DNA of 64,000 bases from Bacteroidota bacterium (GTDB taxonomy: Bacteria > Bacteroidota > Bacteroidia > Flavobacteriales > Weeksellaceae). How positions within the stretch are numbered: the stretch's first letter is position 1; every line of letters begins with the position of its first letter. The position numbers and the translations under genes were made by a program. The stretch spans positions 16,733 through 80,732 of the forward strand of contig JAEWYW010000062.1 in NCBI GenBank assembly GCA_023458535.1, given 5' to 3'. A model generated the notes under the pieces. That model was not told where the DNA came from. It worked only from the letters and a program-made list of their open reading frames with translations, and made no database searches. This document shows, one piece after another, positions 30,612 to 40,420 of the stretch.

Positions 30612-31460
30612 TTATTGTGAATTTGTTACTCCCTCAGCAGCCTCCGTTTCTTCATGTAAAGGTTCATTTTCAATAGTTAATCTTAAGTAAGAATGGTTGT
30701 AGAAAAATTCTCCTAATTCTTCCGTAATTGTAAAATCAGACTCCAGTAGAGTAGCGTCTTGATATTTATATGTTCCAGTCATTTTATAATCCGGGTGCAT
30801 GTACTTATCTTTAACAGATTCTCTAAGTCTTCTTATTGTAGAATCTTCGCGAACCATTTTACCCTCATAGGTTCTAATAAAAAAATTCTGATCTTCAATT
30901 TTTTCTTTCAAACCAATATTTACAGAAATTACAGTTCCCGAACCGAACCTATCCATCTCTGTTTTTTTTATATATTTTGTTCGATCTTCTGGTACACTCT
31001 GTCTAAAAATAAAAAAGTATTGATGCAGAAAATGGATAAATCTAATATTCTTTATTTCAAGCTCCTCATCACTGAGTTCAAACTCTTTTGCCCTAATAAT
31101 TTCGTAACTTTCTAACGGATGCGCGTTTGTTAGCCAAGATTTTACTTTTTGCCATTTCTCTTTTATTTCATCACGGTTAAATATGCGAACAATTTTCCCA
31201 TCTTGGTCTACTCCTAAATCAATTTGTTTGTAAATGCTACAAACTTTATTGGTCATTTCCGCAATCTGCGTCATTACAGGATCTTCATAATCTTCTAAAT
31301 TATATTCTACTTCAGTAATTAAAAAACGATATAAATCTTCTTCTTTTCCTTTGTATAAGAGTTCATTTTTAATATTTATTTTGTAATCACTTTTTATATT
31401 ATGAACTCGGGTAGTGCCCACTATATCGGTATTATATCTAATGATTTTATCTTTTATCAC
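30612..31460 (-). CDS. Hypothetical protein between vgrG and effector (possible adaptor/chaperone)
   Basis: 282-aa soluble ORF with GTG start, tightly packed in the operon. Confidence 0.7.
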   Translation of the reverse strand: MIKDKIIRYNTDIVGTTRVHNIKSDYKINIKNELLYKGKEEDLYRFLITEVEYNLEDYEDPVMTQIAEMTNKVCSIYKQIDLGVDQDGKIVRIFNRDEIKEKWQKVKSWLTNAHPLESYEIIRAKEFELSDEELEIKNIRFIHFLHQYFFIFRQSVPEDRTKYIKKTEMDRFGSGTVISVNIGLKEKIEDQNFFIRTYEGKMVREDSTIRRLRESVKDKYMHPDYKMTGTYKYQDATLLESDFTITEELGEFFYNHSYLRLTIENEPLHEETEAAEGVTNSQ

Positions 31461-31477
31461 AGCCTTGTTATTTTACA

Positions 31478-33655
31478 CTAAGTATTAATTTTTACTTTTT
31501 TTCCACCTACATTTACCGTTTCTTTTCCAGCAATGTTAGTAGTCTTACTTCCGATATCCATTTGATTTTTGCCAGAAACAGTCATCTTATCTGTAGCATC
31601 CATAGTAATTTGTTTACCATTAATGGTAATTGTTCCATCTTTTTTAATGGTTAGGACACTTGCACCCACTGTTATTTTAAATTCTGTGGTGGCAGTTAGA
31701 GAAACGTTTCCTGATTTATCCATCTGAATTACAGAGTTACCACCTACATCAATCATGCTTGTATCACCGGCATTAATAGAATGATTATTGGTTACATTCG
31801 TAGAATGATTTTTACCAGCTGTATTGGTGTAATCCTGATTCGTATTCATTGTAGCATTTCCAGCACCATCAAACTTCATATTAGCTCCACCTTGGTCAGT
31901 TAAAAATACGGAGCCCTCACCATCATTGAGTTCTAATTTGTTCCCACTTCTACTGCTTAAGCTTTTAACATTGTTGGCTTGGCCACCACCACCGCCAACA
32001 CTACCATGAAACATGCCACCCATAGCAAACGGTCTGTCAGGATGGTTATGCTGGAATCCTACCATTACCTGATCTCCAACTTCGGGTATAGCCATGAATC
32101 CTCTATTTTTACTTACCTTATCACTTCCTCCTGCATCTGGTGTCATTACTCTTATAAACTCAGATTGACTTCCTCCGTTTTGCCAATCAAATTGTACCTG
32201 AATTCTTCCTTGATTAAGGGGATCTGTATTGGATATAACTTTGGCAACTTGTGGTTGAGCCTTAGGAAACTCGAATTCTGGACGAGGAAGAAAGCCTGTA
32301 TCTGCGGCAATAGCCTCGAAATAGCCATTATAATAACCTCTGCCATCCACTTCATGCGTAACTTCAGTAACCATCAATTTCGTGAAATAAGATGTTTTAT
32401 TGGAGTTTTGTTGACGCATCTCTATATTAGCCACACATCCGGGATATAAAAATGGGATGGAGGTTGTACCACTGGTGACGAACACATCTACCGCCTTGCT
32501 TCCCGCAGTACCTTTTTGTGATGTGCTGATGTCCATTGAGGTAGACGATTTTATAGGTGCTACCCTTAAAGACGGGGTTTTAAATGTTCTTTCTGAAATG
32601 CTGTAGGCTCTCTTCGCAATATCAGATTTATGATTAATAGCAGATGAACCGCTTGTCAGTTTTTCATTTTTACTGCTGTTATATCCATAGAAAGAAGGGT
32701 TTACATGTTGAGCTTTCATGCTCACCTTTATATCATGCACATTACTCCCATATTTTAACGCTACAGGCTCTGTTGCAGGCGGCAACTGCCCGAAATGGAG
32801 AACTTCACCATCATAATAGAATTGTTCGCCGTAAGCTTCTGCCATCCTTGCAAGATAATTATAGTGCGTCTCTTCATACTGTGAGCTGTATGATATATTG
32901 CCATACTGAGCTGCAATTCGATAATCAAATTTACTCTTGTCTATCCCTTCTTTTATAACATTATCTGCAATGCTGTTTAAACTGATGGGTTGTGAACCTC
33001 CAAAACTTTGAGTATGGGGTGCCGCATCTAGTAATATGGTCGGACTGTAACCAGTAACAACAATATTTCCGAGGCTTCCTTGATCTTGTGCAAAACCCAC
33101 TTCAGTAATCACCCCAACAAATACTCTTTCTGGACTATCTTCCACATCCTTATACTTAAAAATTACGGTCAGTCTTTTTCCTAAGAAATTTTGAGCATTT
33201 TCAAGCCTGTGGTTTTCTGCTTCACCCATAACATCGTATGGAAGCTCTAAGCTAAATTCATGATGCTTCTTAGCACTCTGCACCAATTTAAAATGTTTGA
33301 AGGTCTTTACAGATTTTCCTTCTATAACTATTCCTAATTTTACAACACGGTTGATACCAGAAATCTGTTGTTCAGCAATGTTTTTAGAGTTGTAAATTTT
33401 TGATGTAGGTTGGTTTTTCCAAAGATCTTGTGAAGCTGATTCAGGTATATTAGGAGTATTTACCTGACTGCCGATAATACTGCCTGCTGTCTGTGCCACA
33501 CTGGCGATATTTTGTGCTTTTGAAACATTTTTCTTCACTTTTTCAGGCACTATATCGCTCATTTTTTTACCAATAAAAGAAGGCACCTTTTCGCCAATAT
33601 TTTTAGATTGGGTTGAATCTACATTTTTTTTAGATGATTTATTGTCTTGAAACAT
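31478..33655 (-). CDS. vgrG: Type VI secretion spike protein VgrG (Bacteroidota type)
   Basis: QYEETHYNYL.R.A..YGE..YYDG, DP..QGRI.VQF.W, IPEVGDQVMVGF...PDRP, beta-helix repeats at C-terminus. Confidence 0.93.
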   Translation of the reverse strand: MFQDNKSSKKNVDSTQSKNIGEKVPSFIGKKMSDIVPEKVKKNVSKAQNIASVAQTAGSIIGSQVNTPNIPESASQDLWKNQPTSKIYNSKNIAEQQISGINRVVKLGIVIEGKSVKTFKHFKLVQSAKKHHEFSLELPYDVMGEAENHRLENAQNFLGKRLTVIFKYKDVEDSPERVFVGVITEVGFAQDQGSLGNIVVTGYSPTILLDAAPHTQSFGGSQPISLNSIADNVIKEGIDKSKFDYRIAAQYGNISYSSQYEETHYNYLARMAEAYGEQFYYDGEVLHFGQLPPATEPVALKYGSNVHDIKVSMKAQHVNPSFYGYNSSKNEKLTSGSSAINHKSDIAKRAYSISERTFKTPSLRVAPIKSSTSMDISTSQKGTAGSKAVDVFVTSGTTSIPFLYPGCVANIEMRQQNSNKTSYFTKLMVTEVTHEVDGRGYYNGYFEAIAADTGFLPRPEFEFPKAQPQVAKVISNTDPLNQGRIQVQFDWQNGGSQSEFIRVMTPDAGGSDKVSKNRGFMAIPEVGDQVMVGFQHNHPDRPFAMGGMFHGSVGGGGGQANNVKSLSSRSGNKLELNDGEGSVFLTDQGGANMKFDGAGNATMNTNQDYTNTAGKNHSTNVTNNHSINAGDTSMIDVGGNSVIQMDKSGNVSLTATTEFKITVGASVLTIKKDGTITINGKQITMDATDKMTVSGKNQMDIGSKTTNIAGKETVNVGGKKVKINT

Positions 33656-33773
33656 AGTCGCTGTGTTTGATGTTATTTAACCATTAAAATTCAGACGTCT
33701 GTAAGTTAACAGATTTATAGAAAGTTGATTTCTAAAGTACAAGCCACTGAAGGAAAATCCATTAACCATAAAA

Positions 33774-33808
33774 CCTGATGTCGTAATTATCATAAAAACA
33801 ACATCAGG
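33774..33808 (-). terminator. Hairpin between tssD and vgrG (possible partial terminator)
   Basis: CCTGATGTCGT...ACAACATCAGG with a short T-run on the minus strand. Confidence 0.5.
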
Positions 33809-33842
33809 ATTAAAAAATTTTTGATTGTGTGACTATCGGCGA

Positions 33843-34265
33843 TTAAGCGTTGCTTCCGGTAGCTCCTGGCCAAAGACCTGCATAAGATGCAGTTCCATAG
33901 TCAATTGTCTCTGCACTTACTACGAAGGTAATCAGCATATTATTGTCATTCAATGCATCAAAATCAACTTCGTGTTGGATGACATAACCGTTTTCCCAAG
34001 TTAGTTTGATTAATTCTCCTTCTTCGTGAGCCTTATTGAAAGTAACTTCACCTTTTGTTGGCTTATATTTACCGTTCAATAAGCTTTCTAAGATTCCTGA
34101 ATCTTCAGTTGCTTCAACTGTTAATTTAATAAGTGCATTAGAAGGATCTGATGCCACTCTTCCTGAAACATCAGTAGTTCTCGATACGCTGTAGTTCAGT
34201 TTTAATACTTTTTGGTCGGATCCACCGTTGAACTTTAAAAGTCCTCTTGAATTGTTTGCTGCCAT
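33843..34265 (-). CDS. tssD: Type VI secretion tube protein TssD (Hcp-like)
   Basis: VL...YS..R.TD..GR..S, G.VTF...E..L..L.WENGYVI, FVVSAE.I; adjacent to vgrG. Confidence 0.9.
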   Translation of the reverse strand: MAANNSRGLLKFNGGSDQKVLKLNYSVSRTTDVSGRVASDPSNALIKLTVEATEDSGILESLLNGKYKPTKGEVTFNKAHEEGELIKLTWENGYVIQHEVDFDALNDNNMLITFVVSAETIDYGTASYAGLWPGATGSNA

Positions 34266-34325
34266 TGTTGTAAATTTTTAAGGTTAATGATTGGGCTTTA
34301 TATAATTATTGTGATTTTGTAATTC

Positions 34326-34373
34326 CAAAGATAAAACCATCATCCGACTTTTTTTGTAGTAGAATTACTACAA
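34326..34373 (-). promoter_or_regulatory. tssD promoter (-7 TATCTTTG) with palindromic operator
   Basis: TATCTTTG on minus at 34326-34333; perfect TTGTAGTA-N4-TACTACAA at 34354-34373. Confidence 0.6.
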
Positions 34374-34906
34374 TTACAATAATTCTTGCTGTAATGTACA
34401 TCCACCCTAATTTAGGGAGTTCAAACCCATATTGTAGTAGTATTTCTTTAATTATTTGTTAATTAAACGTAAAAAATTATCAATTTGTTTCTTAAAAAAT
34501 CTTAAAGTTCAATTTTCAATGTAGTAGATTTACGATATCTGAAAATAAATGATGCTACAATCAAAAGAAAACTAGATAAATCTTCAAGATAAAATCCAAT
34601 AAAAAAGACCATTATCAAATGACTTGTTTTAATTTTTGCATGGTAGATCAAACAATAGTATTTGAATTATGGAATTTAGAAGCTTTTCCAATTTCTCTAA
34701 ATGTTCAAAATATTTTTTTCTATTTTGTGTGTAACTTTGTAAATTTACTTAACAATAAATTTTAAAATATTGAATATTAAAACACTACAATATAAACTAC
34801 ATTGTAAATTTTTATATTCCATATCGTGAATAGTTGAAAGGGTAACTTTTGTAATATAAAAATTTTTGTGGTTTAAAATTTTAAATAAAACTTAAAAACA
34901 AATACC

Positions 34907-35683
34907 ATGGAAAATTTTTTTTCTCAACTTCCAAGTCCTTGGGAGTTAATTCAGGATTCTGCATCTATAGTTGTTATTTCTATTTTTTTTATCCTCATGA
35001 TTACCGAAGAAATAGCTCCAGGGAGAAAATTACCCCATATTAAATTTTGGAAATTTAAAGGTGTAATCGCATTCATTTTGTATTTCTTTCTATCCACTTA
35101 TCTGCCACTTATTTGGGGTAAATATTTGGAAGAATACAGTATTTTCGATCTCCGTCTGTTGGGTGATTATTGGGGTTCTTTAGTAGCATTGCTTCTCTAC
35201 GAACTTGGAGTATATATTTGGCACCGCACAATGCACCAAAGTAACCTATTGTGGAGGATATTTCATCAGATGCATCATAGTGCAGAACGTGTAGATACAT
35301 ATGGAGCTTTCTTTTTTAGTCCAATGGATATGATAGGCTTTACTTTGTTGGGAAGTCTCACAATGGTTTGGTTTGCAGGATTTACACCTTATGCAAGCAT
35401 CTATGCACTCTATGGTGCTACTTTTTTAGCCGTCTTCCAGCATACCAACATAAAAACACCACAATGGATAGGATATATTTTTCAAAGACCAGAATCACAC
35501 TCATTACATCATGCTAGGGGAGTGCATGCTTATAATTATTCTGACCTGCCATTATTCGACATTATTTTTAATACATTCAAAAATCCTAAAGATTTTTCCA
35601 CTAAAACTGGTTTTTATGATGGCGCTTCGAAAAAAATTACAAAAATGATTTTATTTAAAGATATATATTTAGATAGAAATTAA
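34907..35683 (+). CDS. Sterol desaturase/fatty acid hydroxylase family protein
   Basis: His boxes HRTMH, HQMHH, FQH.N, HSLHH. Confidence 0.9.
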   Translation: MENFFSQLPSPWELIQDSASIVVISIFFILMITEEIAPGRKLPHIKFWKFKGVIAFILYFFLSTYLPLIWGKYLEEYSIFDLRLLGDYWGSLVALLLYELGVYIWHRTMHQSNLLWRIFHQMHHSAERVDTYGAFFFSPMDMIGFTLLGSLTMVWFAGFTPYASIYALYGATFLAVFQHTNIKTPQWIGYIFQRPESHSLHHARGVHAYNYSDLPLFDIIFNTFKNPKDFSTKTGFYDGASKKITKMILFKDIYLDRN

Positions 35684-35872
35684 TGTACTTAATTTTTATT
35701 TCTCTTTTATAACATCTACCTTTAAATGTGTCATTTGAGAAAGTAAATTTTATCGGAATATACTTTTCTGATAGGTGCATTAATATAAATAAGTATTAAT
35801 TTTTGTTCTTATAACAATTAAGTTTCCAACTTTTAAATAATAGAAAAAGAGAACCCTAAGTTCTCTTTTTTA

Positions 35873-36157
35873 TTACAAATTTTCAATCTTCTCTTTCAGC
35901 TCTGCCCAGCCGCCGCCGTTGTAACCATCCTTCAAACCTTGAGACTGCAGATATTCCAAAGCTTTTCCGCTTCTGTTGCCACTTCTGCAAAATAAAACCA
36001 CAGGTTGCTCAATGGATAAAATTTCGTCTTTGTGCTCTTCAACATCACCTAACGGAATGTTCTTAGCACCTTCAATCTGTCCGTCCATCTCTAGTTCCAA
36101 TGGCTCACGAACATCAATTAAATAGTAGTTTCCAGATTTTAATACGTCTTCTAACAT
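35873..36157 (-). CDS. Single-domain rhodanese
   Basis: IDVREP.E...G.I.GA.NIP, FCRSGNRS. Confidence 0.92.
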   Translation of the reverse strand: MLEDVLKSGNYYLIDVREPLELEMDGQIEGAKNIPLGDVEEHKDEILSIEQPVVLFCRSGNRSGKALEYLQSQGLKDGYNGGGWAELKEKIENL

Positions 36158-36276
36158 AGTATAATTTTTTATGTATTGATATTACTTTTTCATTAAAAAC
36201 TTCCTCAGTTTTAATAAAACAATACAAAAATACAAAACTGAAATCTTATAAACATCAGAAATACTATTTTTGCAGT

Positions 36277-37227
36277 ATGTATTCTGCAGAAAAAACGTCA
36301 CAACTCATCAAACTGAAAGCAAAGGATTTTGGTTTTCAAAATTGTGGTATTTCCAGAGCAGAATTTCTTGAGGAAGATGCCTTGCCCTTAGAAAATTGGT
36401 TGAGAAAAAATTACCATGGCGAAATGCACTACATGGAAAATTACTTCGATAAGAGATTAGATCCCCGATTACTGGTAGACGGTGCAAAATCGGTCATTTC
36501 ACTTTCTTACAATTATTATCCTTCTGCTAAAATCTCAACACTAGACAATTTTAAAATATCAAAATATGCATATGCACAGGATTACCACGAGGTAATCAAA
36601 GAAATTTTGCGGGATTTGGTTGCGGAGCTTCAACAGGAAATAGGGGAATTCTCGTTCAGGATTTTTGTGGATTCTGCACCCGTTTTAGAGCGGAGTTGGG
36701 CGAGGAAATCTGGCATTGGTTGGGTAGGCAAAAACGCCAATCTCATCACCAAACAAACAGGATCCTTTTATTTTTTAGCAGAAATTATTTGTGATCTCGA
36801 TGTAATGCCGGATTCACCTGCGACAGATCACTGTGGCTCTTGCAGAAAATGCATCGATGCTTGTCCTACCGATGCTATTGTATCAGACAAAATTATAGAC
36901 GGCAGCAAATGCATTTCTTACGCAACCATTGAATTGAAAAATGAAATTCCTGATTATTTTGCGGGGAAAATGGAGGATTGGATGTTCGGCTGCGATATCT
37001 GCCAGGATGTATGTCCGTGGAACCGTTTTTCAAAACCGAACCATCAACAGAAATTCCAACCTAATGAATCGTTATTAACATTTAAAAAGAATGATTGGCG
37101 AGAGCTTACTCAGGAATTATTCTCAGAAATATTCAAAAAATCTCCCGTTAAAAGGACAAAATTTTTGGGTCTACAGCGCAACATCAGCTTTCTAGATAAG
37201 CAGTGTAATAAAGATAATGACTGGTAA
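36277..37227 (+). CDS. queG: tRNA epoxyqueuosine reductase
   Basis: [44 protein letters not shown]. Confidence 0.96.
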   Translation: MYSAEKTSQLIKLKAKDFGFQNCGISRAEFLEEDALPLENWLRKNYHGEMHYMENYFDKRLDPRLLVDGAKSVISLSYNYYPSAKISTLDNFKISKYAYAQDYHEVIKEILRDLVAELQQEIGEFSFRIFVDSAPVLERSWARKSGIGWVGKNANLITKQTGSFYFLAEIICDLDVMPDSPATDHCGSCRKCIDACPTDAIVSDKIIDGSKCISYATIELKNEIPDYFAGKMEDWMFGCDICQDVCPWNRFSKPNHQQKFQPNESLLTFKKNDWRELTQELFSEIFKKSPVKRTKFLGLQRNISFLDKQCNKDNDW

Positions 37228-37302
37228 AATAAAGGGGGAGGAAGGTCTCATCTTTTATTACTAAAAGATAGTTGATAATGAGAATGGAAAAATAAAAGTG
37301 CC

Positions 37303-37383
37303 TTATCTTCTTTTCTGAACTCTCTTAGGAGCTACTTTTACTCTAAACTTGAATCTTTTCTGAGATTTTGTTGCTTTTTGCAT
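37303..37383 (-). CDS. Putative 26-aa highly basic peptide
   Basis: MQKATKSQKRFKFRVKVAPKRVQKRR*, 12 of 26 residues K/R; fully intergenic. Confidence 0.35.
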   Translation of the reverse strand: MQKATKSQKRFKFRVKVAPKRVQKRR

Positions 37384-37482
37384 AAGTGGGTGTCATTTGG
37401 TATTTAAATTTAATGATTATTTTGAAATAAAAATTATTTTTGCGCTTAATTATCTTTTAAATTTAATTAACACTCAACCATA

Positions 37483-38169
37483 ATGATGAAACTCAAAAAA
37501 ATGGCTTTATTACTCCTTAAAATCATTGGTGTAATCTTAGGAATTGTAATTTTCTATGTCATTTGTGCTGTAACCATCCCTTTAATAGGTGTTCCTGCAG
37601 AAAAAACCACTGAACCCAAAACCATCGAAGCATATATTCTTACCAATGGCGTTCACACCGATATTGTTGTACCTGTAAAAAGTGAAGTTTTCGACTGGAG
37701 TAAAGAAATCCCTTTTGAAGACACCAAATCAAAACGCACAGATTTTAAATATTTGTCAGTAGGTTGGGGAGACAAAGGTTTTTATTTGGATACTCCAGAA
37801 TGGAAAGACCTCAAAGCATCTACCGCAATAAAAGCTGCCTTTTGGATGAGTGAGTCTGCCATGCACTGCACCTTTTACGACAAAATGAAAGAAGGCGAAG
37901 ACTGCAAAAAAATAATGCTGACCAAAACACAATACCAAAATTTGATTCAATTCATCAGAGATAAGTTCGATAGAGATGCTTCGGGAAAGGTTCAGCTGAT
38001 AAAAACTGATGCAGTATACGGCGATAACGATGCTTTTTATGATGCAAAGGGGAGATACAGTTTCTTAGATACTTGTAATACATGGGCGAATGATGCTTTA
38101 AAAGTTGCCGGTCAAAAAGCTGCATTATGGTCACCCACAGATTTTGGAATCTTCAGACATTATAAATAA
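37483..38169 (+). CDS. TIGR02117/DUF2459 family protein
   Basis: NGVHTDIV.P, GWGDKGFYL.TP.W, TCNTWAN..LK. Confidence 0.85.
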   Translation: MMKLKKMALLLLKIIGVILGIVIFYVICAVTIPLIGVPAEKTTEPKTIEAYILTNGVHTDIVVPVKSEVFDWSKEIPFEDTKSKRTDFKYLSVGWGDKGFYLDTPEWKDLKASTAIKAAFWMSESAMHCTFYDKMKEGEDCKKIMLTKTQYQNLIQFIRDKFDRDASGKVQLIKTDAVYGDNDAFYDAKGRYSFLDTCNTWANDALKVAGQKAALWSPTDFGIFRHYK

Positions 38170-38211
38170 AAGATTTTTATTGATATGATTCGAATGGATG
38201 TAAGTAATTTC

Positions 38212-38239
38212 ATCTAAAATCTAAAATCTAAAATCTAAA
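38212..38239. repeat. Heptamer tandem repeat (ATCTAAA)x4
   Basis: Read directly. Confidence 0.85.
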
Positions 38240-38309
38240 ATTTTAAAATTACACCCACATTATAGATTTTACACTTTCAACTTACACCAATTTTCCTTAT
38301 TTTTGACCA

Positions 38310-40033
38310 ATGGAAAATTTTATAGTATCCGCCCGTAAATACCGCCCTCAAGAGTTTGATACTGTTGTGGGGCAATCTCATATTACAGATACTTTAGAAA
38401 ACGCCATCTCCGAAAACCAACTGGCTCAGGCACTTTTGTTCTGCGGACCTCGTGGGGTTGGGAAAACAACCTGTGCGAGAATCCTTGCCCGTAAAATTAA
38501 CGAAAAAGACGGTTCTTCATCTGAAGATGGTTTTGCATACAATATTTATGAGCTCGATGCTGCTTCCAACAATTCTGTAGACGACATCAGGGAGTTGATA
38601 GATCAGGTGCGTTTTGCACCACAAGTAGGGAAGTATAAGGTGTATATTATAGATGAGGTACATATGTTGTCCTCAGCTGCCTTCAATGCTTTTCTAAAAA
38701 CCTTGGAGGAGCCGCCAGCACATGCTATTTTTATTCTGGCAACTACCGAAAAGCATAAAATTATTCCGACAATTCTGTCCAGATGTCAGATTTATGATTT
38801 TAAAAGAATCACGATTGAAGATATTCAGGAGCATTTAAGAAAAATAGCAGAAAAAGAAAATATTCAATACGAAGACGATGCTTTATATTTGATTGCTCAG
38901 AAGGCGGATGGAGCGTTAAGAGATGCTCTTTCCATTTTTGACAGACTGTCTACATTTTCGCAGAAAAATATCACACTTGCAAAAGCTGCTGAAGTTCTCA
39001 ATATTTTAGATTACGACCAGTACCTGAATATTGTAGATCTTGCCAAAGAAAATAAAATTCCCGAAGTCCTTGCGGCTTTTAACGATATTGTAAGAAAGGG
39101 TTTTGATCCGCATATCTTTATCGCAGGTTTAGGGAATCATTTCAGAGATTTAATGATGGCTCAAAATGAAGCTACCGTGAATCTGATAGAAGTAGGTGAG
39201 AAAACCAAAGCTAAATTTATCGAGCAAAGTAAAAACTGGAGACCTCAAGAATTGATTGATGCCATTGAAATTTGCAACCATGCAGACATCAACTATAAAA
39301 ATTCTAAGAATCCTCGACTTACTGTTGAAATTGCATTGATGCAATTGAGCTCCCTGTCGGCATTGTCGGGCAATTCTAAAAAAAAAAGTATTTAATACTA
39401 GCCCCACTTTTTCAGCCCACTAATACACCAAAGCTTGTTGAAAACAAAGTTAATCAGCCAGCAGTAGATCAACAATCTGTTACAAAAACTGATTCCGCTT
39501 CGCCAAGTGCTGTGGTAGCAGAAAAAGACGCTGCAACACCCATTCAGAAAGTTTCTCGGCCATTAGCTACCAAACCAAAATCTTCGGGTTTAAGCGTTTT
39601 TGCAACGCTTCATCAAAAGAATGAAGAAAAAAAAGACGAAAAAGTAGAAACCCGTAAAGAAAATCTGCCGCAAAATCACTTCACAGAGACCGATCTCCAA
39701 TCTACTTGGAGTTTATATCTGAAAAATCTTCAGGCAAAAGATCTATTTACTTTCAACGCAATTAAAGGCTTTCGACTGATTAAAAAGGACGAAAATATCA
39801 TCGAAGTTCAGTATCCATCCGATACTGCAAAAGTAGAGTTTGATAGGATTAGTGGTGATTTTTTCAATCATTTCAGAAGAAAAGTAAATAATTTTTCCAT
39901 CGAAATCGAATTTAAGAAATATGAAAAGCTGAAAGTGGAAATCGTTACCAAGAAAACCATTTTTGAGAAAATGGTTGAAAAAAATCCTTTGCTCAAAGAT
40001 TTAGATGATCTTATGAAATTTGATTTGTCCTAA
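38310..40033 (+). CDS. dnaX: DNA polymerase III gamma/tau; gamma = 38310-39395, tau via -1 shift into the frame ending at 40033
   Basis: ARKYRP, GPRGVGKT, IDEVHML, ILSRCQ; A10G at 39378-39388; the -1 frame is open from 39380 to 40033. Confidence 0.9.
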
Positions 40034-40054
40034 TAAATATTTTTTATACATTTG
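40024..40054 (+). promoter_or_regulatory. Bacteroidota sigma70 promoter
   Basis: TTTG (40024-40027), 19-nt spacer, TACATTTG (40047-40054). Confidence 0.65.
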
Positions 40055-40140
40055 CTGAAATTATTTAAAATTATAATGATTTTATGAATTGTTGACTGAA
40101 AAACAATTCTCAAAACCCTTCTTTAATAAAAGGGAAAAAA

Positions 40141-40281
40141 ATGAACAGAGAAACTTACATACAGATATCATTTTGCAAAAAACAATCTTTTGGTTGTGCT
40201 GCTGCTTTTGCATATTCGGTGTATGTAGGTTATTATCACAGAAATTTTGTGGGCTATCACCATTCTTATTGGTACTGCTAA
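40141..40281 (+). CDS. Putative aromatic amino acid leader peptide (46 aa)
   Basis: MNRETYIQISFCKKQSFGCAAAFAYSVYVGYYHRNFVGYHHSYWYC*: 8 Tyr, 4 Phe, 1 Trp; A-rich start context; directly upstream of DAHP synthase-chorismate mutase. Confidence 0.65.
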   Translation: MNRETYIQISFCKKQSFGCAAAFAYSVYVGYYHRNFVGYHHSYWYC

Positions 40282-40420
40282 CATTATTTCTTTCTAAAAA
40301 ACAGCCGAACAGGTTTCGGAAATCTTACACAAATTTTCATGCTTTTTTGAAAGAAATTATAAATAAAAATTTATAATAAATCCTCCTTGTTTAACTAATT
40401 TTACAACAACAAATATTAAA

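Noticed and set aside
31478..34265. Prophage tail or complete T6SS
   Set aside because: No capsid, terminase, integrase, sheath or baseplate genes in the window; only tube, spike and effector
39512..40033. Independent 173-aa gene
   Set aside because: Its frame is open back to the A10 run and it reads as the dnaX tau C-terminus
40089..40376. 95-aa ORF in the track
   Set aside because: TTG start and no recognisable family; overlaps the more convincing aromatic-rich leader ORF
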